IMG/VR virus record: IMGVR_UViG_3300032242_002477
Location: 10,581-74,580 of that record
Length of the DNA stretch: 64,000 nucleotides
Direction: 5' to 3' (one strand)
From: a virus
The notes under the pieces are model-generated. The model had not been told where the DNA came from, made no database searches, and saw only the letters and a program-made list of their open reading frames with translations. Shown here one piece after another: positions 28,942 through 38,506 of the stretch. The first letter of the stretch is position 1. Each line of letters begins with the position of its first letter. The position numbers were made by a program, and so were the translations under genes.

Positions 28942-30921
28942 TCATCGACGTGCTCCAATCTGTGCCTTAACGATATCGCTGGCAATCTCCACCAAGTGAC
29001 GAGGTTCAGTAATAACATTAAAGAACTGGGCATAGTGTCGATACTGCTCAATGGACTCTACTTCATCAAACCCTTCGTAGATGTGACCAATAAACACGGT
29101 GCTGGTAATGACTCCCTTGTCGTTGAGTCGTTTTACTACATCATCGCAAGGTTCAGAATTATCAAATCCACCGTCAGTTATGATGAATAGTAATTTGGTA
29201 GAGCGCGAAGTCATATCAAATATTTGTTCGGCTTCCGTAAGTGCACCAGTTGGATTTGTAGTTCCGTTTGTGTGAAGTACTGGAACTACATGGGGGTCTG
29301 TATCCTCATCAGCACTAAACATTAAACGGCTATTACTATTAAAAGAATATACGGTGGTGTTAGCGTTAAGTGCTTGAAGCCCACGCTTGATAGACCATAC
29401 CGCATGGGAAGCGTGGAGAACACGACCGCTCATTGAACTTGAGCAGTCTACAAGAATTACCGCTTCCATTTCTGTAGAATAATCAGCTTCCTCCCAGCGG
29501 TCAAACATACGATACAGGTCGTTGATACCTGAGTTCATAGTGCGTTGGACATTAAGTCGACCCTGAGGAACTTCGCGTACCCACGACTGCTCGTTATCTA
29601 ATTCTAAGCGTTCGAGTTCACGCGCAAACTCATCTGAAGCGTGACGATAATCCTCCATAACCGAACTTTTAGATGTGTTAGAGCGACCGAGAGTACCGTT
29701 GTATTCGTCGTTGAGATACACGGACTCACGGAACTGTTGAATTTCTTGGGCAACGTGCGTGTTTGTTTTGAGTTTTTTAATGCGCTCGTTGATTTGGTCA
29801 GCTAACTTGTGGTCGGCTTCTGAGTATTGGTGCTCGTTTTCTATATCATTATTAGTGGTATCAAAATTATTATCATCACCTGAACCGCTATCTGAATTAC
29901 TACCTGTTAATGATACTTCTGGAGCATTACCGAACATCTGTTCGGCTTTCTTGGAATCCTGCTCCTGAGCTTTTCCGCTAGTAGCACGACCTTTAGTAAG
30001 TGGGTTGTCTTTGCCACCGCAAGGGCTACTGATTTTAATATTATTACCAGCAGAATTATCGCCCTGTTTATCGCTTATTTCCTGGCCAGGAACTCCGCCA
30101 CTACCGTTACCTTTTGGCATATCATTACCTGTGCCCACGATATCTGCAAACCGTTTGATGAGTGCTTTGGCTAAGTAATTATTGTCAGGAAAGGTAAGAT
30201 AAATATATTCGTCGATGATGTCGGCAACGGATTTGGCGAGTTCCTGTCCATAATTATCTACGAACATTGAAGTAATCCGTTGGCGAATCCCAAAGTCCAT
30301 ATATTTTCTGCCATGAATTAATATGAACGAATCAGCACTTTCGGACTCCAACATGACGTATCGCAGTGCGTTAGCTTCAAGAAAGAATCGAACGCTGGGA
30401 AAACGAGCCGTCATAAGTAACTCGATACGTTGGTCCTCTAATATATTAAAGGCGTTCATAAAGTCGTTTTCAATTACCCACTTAACGAACTCCGACCCAC
30501 CTCTAGGCGTGTAAAGGCTATGGCAGATTTCGTGATAGTTAATTCCGTGAAGGCTAGGAATATCCTCCTCCGATAGCAACTTCACGACTTCACGGTTGAA
30601 CGAGATATTTTTGCCGTCGTTCCAAGCCGACACCTGTGTAGGGATTTCGGGCGTTACGATTTGCACCGTAATATCCTCACCAGTAAGGATACGGTCGAAC
30701 TTGGTATACACTTTTGTAGCTGATATCAAAGCCGAATCTTTTGAGCGGATAAAGCAGTCGATTTCTACTAATAATTGCTCATATTCGTGAATCGTATATA
30801 CATCATCATTTAGAAGGTTTTTGACCGTATCAACACCGAACTCCTCGTCAATGATTTCCCAGTTGGCGCGTAAAAATTCGACAGTAATCTCCTTCTGAAG
30901 CTTTAAATGAGCGTGTGTCAT
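28942..30921 (-). CDS. vWA-domain protein (CobT-like partner of a MoxR ATPase)
   Basis: N-terminal HEICH...NILEDQRIE; C-terminal MIDAS DCSSSM, GTTNP, IITDG. Confidence 0.85.
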   Translation of the reverse strand: MTHAHLKLQKEITVEFLRANWEIIDEEFGVDTVKNLLNDDVYTIHEYEQLLVEIDCFIRSKDSALISATKVYTKFDRILTGEDITVQIVTPEIPTQVSAWNDGKNISFNREVVKLLSEEDIPSLHGINYHEICHSLYTPRGGSEFVKWVIENDFMNAFNILEDQRIELLMTARFPSVRFFLEANALRYVMLESESADSFILIHGRKYMDFGIRQRITSMFVDNYGQELAKSVADIIDEYIYLTFPDNNYLAKALIKRFADIVGTGNDMPKGNGSGGVPGQEISDKQGDNSAGNNIKISSPCGGKDNPLTKGRATSGKAQEQDSKKAEQMFGNAPEVSLTGSNSDSGSGDDNNFDTTNNDIENEHQYSEADHKLADQINERIKKLKTNTHVAQEIQQFRESVYLNDEYNGTLGRSNTSKSSVMEDYRHASDEFARELERLELDNEQSWVREVPQGRLNVQRTMNSGINDLYRMFDRWEEADYSTEMEAVILVDCSSSMSGRVLHASHAVWSIKRGLQALNANTTVYSFNSNSRLMFSADEDTDPHVVPVLHTNGTTNPTGALTEAEQIFDMTSRSTKLLFIITDGGFDNSEPCDDVVKRLNDKGVITSTVFIGHIYEGFDEVESIEQYRHYAQFFNVITEPRHLVEIASDIVKAQIGARR

Positions 30922-32294
30922 TAGAGGGTACCTCCTACGAATTCCTCAGTGCAAGAGAACCCCTCATCAGGTTGGAAAGTAATGTCGATTTTAATACCGA
31001 AGTCGCTGGCAATATTGACCTTGTAGGTATTCTCGACCGTCATACGGACTGCATTACGCTCCTTGCCTACATTAAAGCCGTTGAGAAAGGAATACATCGC
31101 GTAATCCAACCCTAGACGTTCGACATTTCGTGAGAAAGTAACTAGGTCGCGCGTAGATACTGGCGTGGCTAGTTCGCCCTTGATGTGGCTTTCGCGTAGC
31201 GCGTTCGCCATTTCGATGAGCGACTTTGATTTGACCAAAGCTTTCTCAATCTTAGGGTCGTAATCAAACTCCAACTTATGCGCCCAGCGGTTCTTGAACG
31301 CCTCATTTAGTGGTCGGGTTCCGCGGTACATTGGGTTCATATCAGCGACAATAAGAAGGTTTGGGTGAGCCTTGATAATTTCGCCGTCTTTGCCCATTAG
31401 TTGAATCTCACGTCGGTCGTCGAGGAGTGAGAATATAGCGGTTGTCACGCGCTCAGGGAGGAAGTTAACCTCATTGAGAAGCAATACACCGCCATTTCGG
31501 ACAATTTGGGTAACTGCACCGTCTTGCCAAGCATAGTGTCCGTCTGTTGTAGGAATCCATTGACCAATCCACTGTGAAGGCTCTGAGCCGTTGTGACTGG
31601 AAATATTATAGTAATTGAGATTTCGGGCTGAGGCATAGGCTAAAACGCTCATCGTCTTACCCGAGCCTGTTGGACCGAATACAAGCACGTTCTCAGCGTT
31701 AGCCATAGCGGAGTCGTAGATATCGAACTCCGAGAGGTTGCCTAGCACTTTACGCTGGACATACTCTGTAGCCCACTTCTTGTCGGGAACTTGGGCAAGA
31801 ACTACTTCATTGGAGGTCGTGCTTTGACGGGTATCGGTCTTAGCGGTTGCCTGTGGGGAAATTGGGGCTTGGCTGATTGGTTTAATATCAGTATGCCCAC
31901 CGTCAATACGATAGGTATTGATAGAGGAATCACCAATAAGCAAACGTTTATAGAACAGTTCAACCGCTATGGAATACGGCTCCAAGTCGTCGTGAGTTGG
32001 GTGCTCGTATTCAGCCCATTGGTTGATAATGCGAGAGGCTAGGGGAGTGATAATGCCGTTCTCAACCTGTAAGATATTATTAGCAGTAGTAGGAAAGGCG
32101 TACATATAGCAATTCGCTTCTACCTCAGGGAGCTCCTCTAAGGAAATTTCGCGCCAAGCTGAACCGCGACCACGTTGACCAGTATATTCTCTATGATAGA
32201 TAGAGATACCATTAGATACAGGGACTAGAAGGGTCTGATATACCCCTTGACCTTCCCTCTTGCCGATAATGAGAACACTTAGGCTATTTGCCAT
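30921..32294 (-). CDS. MoxR/CbbQ/CobS-like AAA+ ATPase
   Basis: GPTGSGKT, WQDG, LLLNEVN, MNP.YRGTRPLNEAFKNRW, STR motifs. Confidence 0.88.
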   Translation of the reverse strand: MANSLSVLIIGKREGQGVYQTLLVPVSNGISIYHREYTGQRGRGSAWREISLEELPEVEANCYMYAFPTTANNILQVENGIITPLASRIINQWAEYEHPTHDDLEPYSIAVELFYKRLLIGDSSINTYRIDGGHTDIKPISQAPISPQATAKTDTRQSTTSNEVVLAQVPDKKWATEYVQRKVLGNLSEFDIYDSAMANAENVLVFGPTGSGKTMSVLAYASARNLNYYNISSHNGSEPSQWIGQWIPTTDGHYAWQDGAVTQIVRNGGVLLLNEVNFLPERVTTAIFSLLDDRREIQLMGKDGEIIKAHPNLLIVADMNPMYRGTRPLNEAFKNRWAHKLEFDYDPKIEKALVKSKSLIEMANALRESHIKGELATPVSTRDLVTFSRNVERLGLDYAMYSFLNGFNVGKERNAVRMTVENTYKVNIASDFGIKIDITFQPDEGFSCTEEFVGGTL

Positions 32295-32324
32295 TTATAA
32301 GCCCCTTTCATTGGGTTATGGCTG

Positions 32325-32380
32325 ATAATGCCATATATAGCAGACAATACCTACACCCTCTCTCTGTGAAGTAGGTCACA
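32325..32380 (-). promoter_or_regulatory. Array element copy 1, promoter half: CRP-type box + AGGGTGTAGGT-N18-CATTAT
   Basis: CCTACACCCT 32350-32359; TGTGA-agtagg-TCACA 32365-32380. Confidence 0.8.
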
Positions 32381-32460
32381 TCTCTTTGGCTCTCGCTCTC
32401 TCGCTCTTGTTCTTTAGCTCTCTCACTCTCTCTGCTCTCTTATCTCTTATCTCTTTTGTG
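32381..32460. repeat. CT-rich polypyrimidine low-complexity tract
   Basis: tctctttggctctcgctctctcgctcttgttctttagctctctcactctctctgctctcttatctcttatctctttt. Confidence 0.8.
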
Positions 32461-32673
32461 GCTATCTATTGCCTGTGGTACTTATCACATAACAAGCCTG
32501 AGACGGCTTCAAATATCTGGTGGTGCCCGTGTCGCTTTGTCGACATTGTGGGCAGTAGCCAAAATTGCCTATAAAGCAATAAGCAGATATGTTGATTTGT
32601 CGACATTTCATGTCGCATAATCGTGCATATCAGGCTAGTTCTGCAAAATCAAGCCGACACGCCGAATTAGCAG

Positions 32674-32745
32674 TGTGAGATTGGTCACAACTCTCTTCAC
32701 ACACTATTCCCAATAGAGAATGGGGTGGGTGGGCCAACACAAACA
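32674..32745 (-). repeat. Array element copy 1', upstream half: CRP-type box, CTCTC, ATTCCC, GGGTGGGTGGGCCAACACAAACA
   Basis: TGTGA-gattgg-TCACA 32674-32689; G-tract motif 32723-32745. Confidence 0.85.
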
Positions 32746-32805
32746 AGCGGCGAGCACGCCAAGAAGCCCCCACGCACGCGGCGCGGGGGCTTTGGGGCTG
32801 AGGGA

Positions 32806-33498
32806 TTACCTCTTCTTGATGGAGAACAACACGTCCTTGCCTCCTTTCACGCATATATTGCAGGCGATACAGGCGCCTTTTAAGCTTATTTGCTTACGAT
32901 TCTCGGGGCACATTGCAGCTCGGGGTAAAATCGCCTTACCGTCGGCAAATGTCTCTTCTAACATCGCTATTGATATCCCCATATCTTTTAATTCCATCGC
33001 CGTTGACAGATTCTCAGTGTCTGCGGAGAAATATAGGCTTAAATTTGTTAGCTCTAAGCTATGGAGAAATTTCGCGCTATGCGAATTACGCGTGTATACC
33101 CAAAATATAATATTAGGATGAGACTTAATGACATGAGCCCACGCCTCAGTGTAGGTCATGGAGAAAAAATCTCCATCCCAATGGATGCGGAATTTCTTAT
33201 CGGCAGACCATTTCTCACATTCACTCTCAAATGCGATAACCATGCTATTAAGTAGGTTAATCATGGTATCTCTCTTAGCCTCTCTCAATAGGCTATAGTT
33301 ATACATGAGCACATCTCTCACGCTAGGCCTAATTTTTTCTAGTTTGCCTGCGTAACAGATACTTTCACAGATAGAAGTAGCTCCTGGACAGGAATACGCC
33401 TTGCCACTAGGCAAGCCGAAGGAATTACCTATGCGAGCAGACCCGCTAGGCGTGAGGCTATTAGCCACTTTGACATCTTTAGACCTTTTAAGTTCCAT
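32806..33498 (-). CDS. Gene-product-88-like (radical-SAM-like) protein, leaderless
   Basis: FGLPSG..SCPGAT..C..ICYA, FRIHWDGDF, YTR, C-terminal CP...C..C..C; TAAGGT-N6-ATG. Confidence 0.7.
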   Translation of the reverse strand: MELKRSKDVKVANSLTPSGSARIGNSFGLPSGKAYSCPGATSICESICYAGKLEKIRPSVRDVLMYNYSLLREAKRDTMINLLNSMVIAFESECEKWSADKKFRIHWDGDFFSMTYTEAWAHVIKSHPNIIFWVYTRNSHSAKFLHSLELTNLSLYFSADTENLSTAMELKDMGISIAMLEETFADGKAILPRAAMCPENRKQISLKGACIACNICVKGGKDVLFSIKKR

Positions 33499-33504
33499 AG
33501 GTAG

Positions 33505-33620
33505 ACCTTATCTCGCTATATCTAGCAGACCTACACCCTGATGGTGTGAATTAGGTCACAGTGAACTCTCTTTAATATATATTCCCTAAATGGACATGGG
33601 AGGGTGGGCCAACACAAACA
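33505..33620 (-). repeat. Array element copy 2
   Basis: -10 TAAGGT; CCTACACCCT 33530; TGTGA-attagg-TCACA 33545; GGGAGGGTGGGCCAACACAAACA 33598. Confidence 0.9.
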
Positions 33621-33677
33621 AACGCGCCCCGCGAAAAGCGGGGAGCGGGTTTTAAGCCCGCCCCCCAGCCTTTCCGC

Positions 33678-34118
33678 TTAGAGGTACTGTTTCGACCAAT
33701 CGACAGGTAGAGCAATCTCATCTTTGCTAGTCATCTCAAGATAAGAGAGCATATTTGCGCGTTCATTGTAATTACTGTTATTTTCAGGCTTAATCGGCTC
33801 ACTAGGCTTATTAGGCATAGTGTCAAACTCAGAGGCGAAAATGCCCTTGATAGTTAGCCGAATATCAACACCTGTACTTTGGCGAGCGTTATTTACCCAC
33901 TCCCAATCGTCAGACACATTGGCATAGGTAATCTCATTACTCTTAGCAAGCAAGGAAGACACTTTCTTGACATATAAGGTTATGGACTTTTCATAAGCAA
34001 TTTTCGCCTTTTCATAAGCCTTAACCTCTCTCTCATATTCTTTGAGAGTATCAGCCTGTTTTCTTTCAATTTTAGCGATAAGTAGCGTCTTATCAACTAC
34101 GAGCCTTGTGGTTGCCAT
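33678..34118 (-). CDS. Cassette gene, hypothetical
   Basis: AAGGGGG RBS; own promoter and downstream hairpin. Confidence 0.7.
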   Translation of the reverse strand: MATTRLVVDKTLLIAKIERKQADTLKEYEREVKAYEKAKIAYEKSITLYVKKVSSLLAKSNEITYANVSDDWEWVNNARQSTGVDIRLTIKGIFASEFDTMPNKPSEPIKPENNSNYNERANMLSYLEMTSKDEIALPVDWSKQYL

Positions 34119-34175
34119 AAGGCGAACCCCCCTTATTTATCTGTAACAGAACCCTGTTGTTCAGTTACATAGCAG

Positions 34176-34300
34176 AACCTATCGCACCAAACTCCTAAGA
34201 CCTACACCCTCCGCGTGTGACATACATCACACTCTAGTTTTATCTCTCTTACTCCATACTCCCTATAATATTAAACGGGGTGGGAGGGCCAACACAAACA
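34176..34300 (-). repeat. Array element copy 3
   Basis: -10 TAGGTT; CCTACACCCT 34201; TGTGA-cataca-TCACA 34216; G-tract/CAACACAAACA 34277-34300. Confidence 0.9.
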
Positions 34301-34328
34301 TATTTTCGCAGCGGGCAATCTCGCGACA

Positions 34329-34355
34329 AAGGTCGTCAAGGTCGTCAAGGTCGTC
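34329..34355. repeat. 9-bp tandem repeat (AAGGTCGTC)x3
   Basis: Read directly from the sequence. Confidence 0.85.
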
Positions 34356-34433
34356 ACCTAAAAAAATAGCGGGCTCTGCCTAGAAACAGAACCCGCTATG
34401 TAGTCAGGGGGTGACTACCTCACTAAAACCCCG

Positions 34434-34682
34434 TTAGTCACGCTCCCAATTGTCATAATCAACGGGGTCATATTCTCCCCCAGAACTATAACTCTCAGAA
34501 CAATCAGGGCATGTCCAATCTGCCGTCCAATAGACTACCCCATGCTCGTAGACTTCGAGAGTAGGTATTTCTCCCGAAAACCCACATTCGCACTCTAAGT
34601 CTTGAACTCCATCAGACTCATCATATCCAGAAATAGCGGGCTCATTACCCGATACCCCAGGAGGATAATTACTCAATGACAT
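34434..34682 (-). CDS. Cassette gene, small acidic zinc-ribbon protein
   Basis: MSLSNYPPGV...CECG...CPDC; GGAGG RBS. Confidence 0.65.
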   Translation of the reverse strand: MSLSNYPPGVSGNEPAISGYDESDGVQDLECECGFSGEIPTLEVYEHGVVYWTADWTCPDCSESYSSGGEYDPVDYDNWERD

Positions 34683-34956
34683 CTTCAACCTCCAATATAG
34701 TGTTAAGGAACTCTTCCAAATGGTGTTGCTCAACAATAGCGTTAGCAGGTGCCGTTGCCTCACCCTTGAAAGTGACAGGACTAGGCAATTCAATCTGCCG
34801 ATAGCTGTCACCCTCTGCCACAGCATAGAGAGCCTCAATACATGGTATAACCATGCTTGATGGAATAGGCGGATAAAAATTACCCGTCAAATGAACCTTG
34901 ACTCCAACTTCCAATGGAACTGATACTGATAAGTCTTGTGCGAAATTACGCCCCAT
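34669..34956 (-). CDS. Cassette gene, hypothetical (HL.GN.YPP.P...EQHHL)
   Basis: AAAGGGG RBS before MGRNFAQ. Confidence 0.7.
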   Translation of the reverse strand: MGRNFAQDLSVSVPLEVGVKVHLTGNFYPPIPSSMVIPCIEALYAVAEGDSYRQIELPSPVTFKGEATAPANAIVEQHHLEEFLNTILEVEDVIE

Positions 34957-34981
34957 GACTTCCCCCTTTCTAGGTAAGCAA

Positions 34982-35099
34982 AACTTATCACGCCACAATA
35001 GGCAGACCTACACCCTCTTGATGTGACTTATATCACAACTCTCTCCACCACCTATTCCCTTTAGGGTTAGGAAGGGTGGGTGGGCTTCCAACACAAACA
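34982..35099 (-). repeat. Array element copy 4
   Basis: -10 TAAGTT; CCTACACCCT 35007; TGTGA-cttata-TCACA 35022; G-tract motif 35074-35099. Confidence 0.9.
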
Positions 35100-35181
35100 T
35101 CCCACGCGTTCAAGCGTGTCGCGAAACGCGAGAACCCGACCCCCACCAAGCAGGGAGTCGGGTCGCGTTTTTGCTAGGGGG

Positions 35182-35664
35182 CTAGCAAATCTCGAAGCCA
35201 CCACAAGCTAACAAAAATTCGGCAAATTCTTGGACATTCTCTACCGAGAACGGATAGTGAGTCTGCCAAGGTCGCTTAGTTTTTTTGCCATCACAGGAAT
35301 TACAAGGGTCGCGGAAAGTAACTTCACCCTCTACATAATCGAACCAACCTTCCTGAACTTGAACAATCCCCACACCTTTACAAAAATCGCAAGGTTCATC
35401 CTCAAGGCTATCCAACGACTCTTGATATTGACGAGCATATTCGGCAGTACGACCCGAAGCAATTTCCGCTAACAAATCCTCAGCGAGAGCAATCGCCCCT
35501 TCACTATCGAACCCGTCACCGCTATTGCTATGACCATCAATCTCTGAACACTCAGGTCGTATCTGCTCACAGTAATCCCAAAGTGGTCGCCACCACCACA
35601 CATTATTGCGAAAATACTCACCCTTAGTAGAAATCGGCGTTTTACCATAGACATCCATACCCAT
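35182..35664 (-). CDS. Cassette gene, hypothetical with a DnaJ-type CxxCxGxG zinc insert
   Basis: MGMDVYG..GEYFRNNVWWWRPLW; CDFCKGVG, CNSCDGK; CGGFEIC. Confidence 0.7.
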   Translation of the reverse strand: MGMDVYGKTPISTKGEYFRNNVWWWRPLWDYCEQIRPECSEIDGHSNSGDGFDSEGAIALAEDLLAEIASGRTAEYARQYQESLDSLEDEPCDFCKGVGIVQVQEGWFDYVEGEVTFRDPCNSCDGKKTKRPWQTHYPFSVENVQEFAEFLLACGGFEIC

Positions 35665-35666
35665 AA

Positions 35667-35960
35667 TTATTCACCCATACTCTCTGCTAGTTTTTGACAC
35701 ATCATAAAATCGTTATACTCACTCGCCCCTAATTGAGTCGCCACAAGAGAAATAGTTTCAATCAAGGCTGATGCCTCATCTTTCTCCACATTGTGAACCT
35801 CAATCAAACGAGATATAGCGACAGTTTTTAAGAAACTAAGGAACATTGACAGGTTATTATTCCACCATGCCATATCCTCATTACCAATTTCAAGATTATT
35901 TTTCATTAAATCCATTAAATCGAACATCCGTTTAATTTTTTCAATATTAGGCTTATCCAT
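35667..35960 (-). CDS. Cassette gene, hypothetical
   Basis: AAAGGGGG RBS before MDKPN. Confidence 0.65.
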   Translation of the reverse strand: MDKPNIEKIKRMFDLMDLMKNNLEIGNEDMAWWNNNLSMFLSFLKTVAISRLIEVHNVEKDEASALIETISLVATQLGASEYNDFMMCQKLAESMGE

Positions 35961-35990
35961 AATATTGAACCCCCTTTCTTGGTAGACCAA

Positions 35991-36113
35991 ACATTATCCC
36001 ACCGACTAGGGCAGACCTACACCCTGCCATTGTGACTTACATCACATTAAACTCTCTTCTTCCCTTTATTCCCTGTATTGGTAACTGGGTGGGTGGGCAG
36101 TTCCAACACAAAC
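35991..36113 (-). repeat. Array element copy 5
   Basis: -10 TAATGT; CCTACACCCT 36016; TGTGA-cttaca-TCACA 36031; G-tract motif 36087-36113. Confidence 0.9.
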
Positions 36114-36205
36114 TTTTCGCGGGCGGGCTTGCCACGCGTTCGGGCGTGTCGCAATAAAAAAAACCCCCACCTTTCCTAAGGGCAGGGGTTCTTTCCGCTT
36201 GGGGG

Positions 36206-36724
36206 CTATTCCTCTAGAGGAATTATTAAATCAGAATTCTCTAGTATTTTATCAACTACTGTACTATGTAATTCTGTTCTCATCATAGAGAATCCGCTGG
36301 CTGGCCAACCTGCTTGATAACATCTTGCTAGTAGATTGGTAAGATTAGACGCGTCAGACTTAGTTTCGCCATGACTAAGTGTTAAATACGAATTAGCGAG
36401 CGCGGTATCTCCTAATTCATACTTGAACGAGGAAAGTACGGCATAGATAGGAGCCTTATAACCATCAGGAAAGGACATCCCGATAATCTCTAGGAAATCG
36501 GCAACATCTGAAACGGAGGACTCATTAGGTAATCCGATAACATAATCTCTTATGTCTAGGACTTCACTATTGACTCCCACTAGGAAATCAAGCAATAAAT
36601 CGTCGGTAATCTCACTCTCTCGACCTTCACGCCATAATTTATACGCCGTATCAATCGCTAGTTTAGACTTGCCAACTGTGGTGCTATGTGCGGAAACCTT
36701 TTCCGCTTGGAGTGATGTAATCAT
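36206..36724 (-). CDS. Cassette gene, DUF4192-like protein
   Basis: IRD...AP.YAVL...YE.GD.ALA...L..LL.R....GWP matches the C-terminal pattern of actinobacterial DUF4192. Confidence 0.6.
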   Translation of the reverse strand: MITSLQAEKVSAHSTTVGKSKLAIDTAYKLWREGRESEITDDLLLDFLVGVNSEVLDIRDYVIGLPNESSVSDVADFLEIIGMSFPDGYKAPIYAVLSSFKYELGDTALANSYLTLSHGETKSDASNLTNLLARCYQAGWPASGFSMMRTELHSTVVDKILENSDLIIPLEE

Positions 36725-36765
36725 CACTTCCCCCAATCTGTCGGGTGTACTGTCCGACATGGCAA

Positions 36766-36891
36766 ACACTATCTGACCAATACCCTTAGACCTACACCCT
36801 GTCTATGTGACTTATGTCACACTCTGTAACTCTCTTCTTCCCATAATTCCCATAATAAAGAGATGGGTGGGAGGGCAGCTCAACACAAACA
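36766..36891 (-). repeat. Array element copy 6
   Basis: -10 TAGTGT; CCTACACCCT 36791; TGTGA-cttatg-TCACA 36806; G-tract motif 36865-36891. Confidence 0.9.
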
Positions 36892-36940
36892 TTTTTTGCC
36901 CACGCGCTCGGGCGTGTCGCGGAGCGTGAAAAACGGGGGC

Positions 36941-37066
36941 TTACGCCCCCGCCTTCCTATGATTTTTGCGCGTACACTTACCGCAAGGCTTACCAGTAAT
37001 TGCCACGAGTAAGTCATTATCATCTCCGCATTGTGGGCAGACACTATCTAATAAGTGACGGCTCAC
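36941..37066 (-). CDS. Cassette gene, 41 aa zinc-finger peptide
   Basis: CPQC...CGKC; AAGGAGG RBS; GTGA overlap. Confidence 0.55.
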   Translation of the reverse strand: MSRHLLDSVCPQCGDDNDLLVAITGKPCGKCTRKNHRKAGA

Positions 37067-37308
37067 GCCGTCACCTCCTTTCGTAGTTGTGCCTCGCACT
37101 CTTCGAGGATTGCTAGAGCGTATTCGCGCCCCTTGATGCCACGACCTGGGTTGATACCTGTTAAACGGGTGAAAGCGTGGAGAGATGATTCTTTCGTGAG
37201 TTGTGCTCGTGATGTGTTCCATGTGCGGATTTCAAGATTCAACCCTTGCTTAAGGATAAGAACCTGAATCGGTGATATCGAGAATTCTACTAATTGACCT
37301 TGTGTCAT
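37063..37308 (-). CDS. Cassette gene, hypothetical
   Basis: AAAGGGGG RBS. Confidence 0.65.
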   Translation of the reverse strand: MTQGQLVEFSISPIQVLILKQGLNLEIRTWNTSRAQLTKESSLHAFTRLTGINPGRGIKGREYALAILEECEAQLRKEVTA

Positions 37309-37331
37309 TTAGTGCCCCCTTTCACTATCAA

Positions 37332-37457
37332 ACATTACAGCCCCAACCAGCCAAACCTACACCCTGCCATTGTGATTTATGTCACACGCTTAGACTCTCT
37401 TCTTCCCTTTATTCCCTTATATATTGAGCTGGGTGGGTGGGCTGCTCAACACAAACA
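37332..37457 (-). repeat. Array element copy 7
   Basis: -10 TAATGT (N17); CCTACACCCT 37356; TGTGA-tttatg-TCACA 37371; G-tract motif 37431-37457. Confidence 0.9.
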
Positions 37458-37523
37458 TTTACCGCGCGACCGCGGACATGCGAAAGCCCCCACCTTTCGG
37501 CAGGGGCTCCGCGTTAGCGGGGG

Positions 37524-37676
37524 CTAACCTTCTTGACCGCACGCCTTGAGGAAACGGTACGTGTCAAAATTACTGTTGAATTGTCGGCAAGCTCTCGCGA
37601 CTGCTTGACATGTCGCTAAGTCTGCCCCGACTGCCTTCAGCTCATCCGCTAAGGCTTGAAAGTGTTTACGGCTCAT
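37524..37676 (-). CDS. Cassette gene, 50 aa (MSRKHFQALA...NFDTYRFLKACG)
   Basis: Absent from the ORF track; ATGA-coupled to the upstream gene. Confidence 0.65.
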   Translation of the reverse strand: MSRKHFQALADELKAVGADLATCQAVARACRQFNSNFDTYRFLKACGQEG

Positions 37677-37918
37677 GCTCTCACCCCCTTAAGATGAGCG
37701 TTTAATTCTGCCTTGACTGTCCGAGCCGTATCGCCCCTCCAGTATGTCAGATTAGACAATGCGTAGAGAACAATAGATGAACCGCTGTCCTCGTAATAAT
37801 TGTCAGATATTGACGTGAGCGATTCCATAGCCGAGATGTAAGGCTCAGCGTAAACGTACCAATTCTTATAAGCACACTCAGATTTAACAATCTGAGCTAA
37901 TTCTGCGAGAGTTCGCAT
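37673..37918 (-). CDS. Cassette gene, hypothetical (A.PY..AM..L...Y.LSN...WRG..AR..KAEL)
   Basis: AAAGGGGG RBS before MRTLAELA. Confidence 0.7.
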   Translation of the reverse strand: MRTLAELAQIVKSECAYKNWYVYAEPYISAMESLTSISDNYYEDSGSSIVLYALSNLTYWRGDTARTVKAELNAHLKGVRA

Positions 37919-37959
37919 TCTTGCCCCCTTTACTAGTTCGGCACTTTGCCGATAAGAGA

Positions 37960-38084
37960 AACCTACCACCCACCACCAGCAAGACCTACACCCTGCCATT
38001 GTGACATAAGTCACACGCCTAAACTCTCTCCTCCTTATTCCCTTTAGGGTTGTGACTGGGTGGGTGGGCAGTCCAACACAAACA
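37960..38084 (-). repeat. Array element copy 8
   Basis: -10 TAGGTT; CCTACACCCT 37985; TGTGA-cataag-TCACA 38000; G-tract motif 38058-38084. Confidence 0.9.
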
Positions 38085-38132
38085 AATAGGGCGAGCCCGC
38101 TTTCGCGAGCCCGCCCCTGCGGAAATTCGGGG

Positions 38133-38462
38133 CTAAACCCCTGCCCCCTCCTCCTCAATTTCCAAGTCCTCGCGTATTAAGTCCGAGAGACAAGAGCAGG
38201 AATCTTGCATTTCGAGACAATAGCAATCATAGCCAGCGTTGAGATACCTACATTCATCACGGTGAAAAGCTCGCACTACACTATAGCCCTCATCTGTAGG
38301 CTTACCGCACACACCACACCACTCGACTCTACCTAACTCAAAATTGGCGTGAAACTCGCACAGAACCTCATTATTAAGAGCATACCTTGCTACACCCCCA
38401 CACTCGCGTGGAAAAAGGTCAGGACGGACGGAAGTAGAAACATTAAATTGGCAATTTGCCAT
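38133..38462 (-). CDS. Cassette gene, Cys-rich hypothetical
   Basis: AGGGGG RBS; many Cys/His residues. Confidence 0.6.
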   Translation of the reverse strand: MANCQFNVSTSVRPDLFPRECGGVARYALNNEVLCEFHANFELGRVEWCGVCGKPTDEGYSVVRAFHRDECRYLNAGYDCYCLEMQDSCSCLSDLIREDLEIEEEGAGV

Positions 38463-38506
38463 GAGAAGCCCCCTAAAACGGTGTAGGCGGTGTTGCCTAC
38501 GGCAAC

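Noticed and set aside
32386-33255. Plus-strand ORFs over the CT tract and antisense to the gp88-like gene, and similar shadow ORFs throughout the window
   Set aside because: They are low-complexity or antisense to well-supported genes, with no RBS or recognisable motifs.
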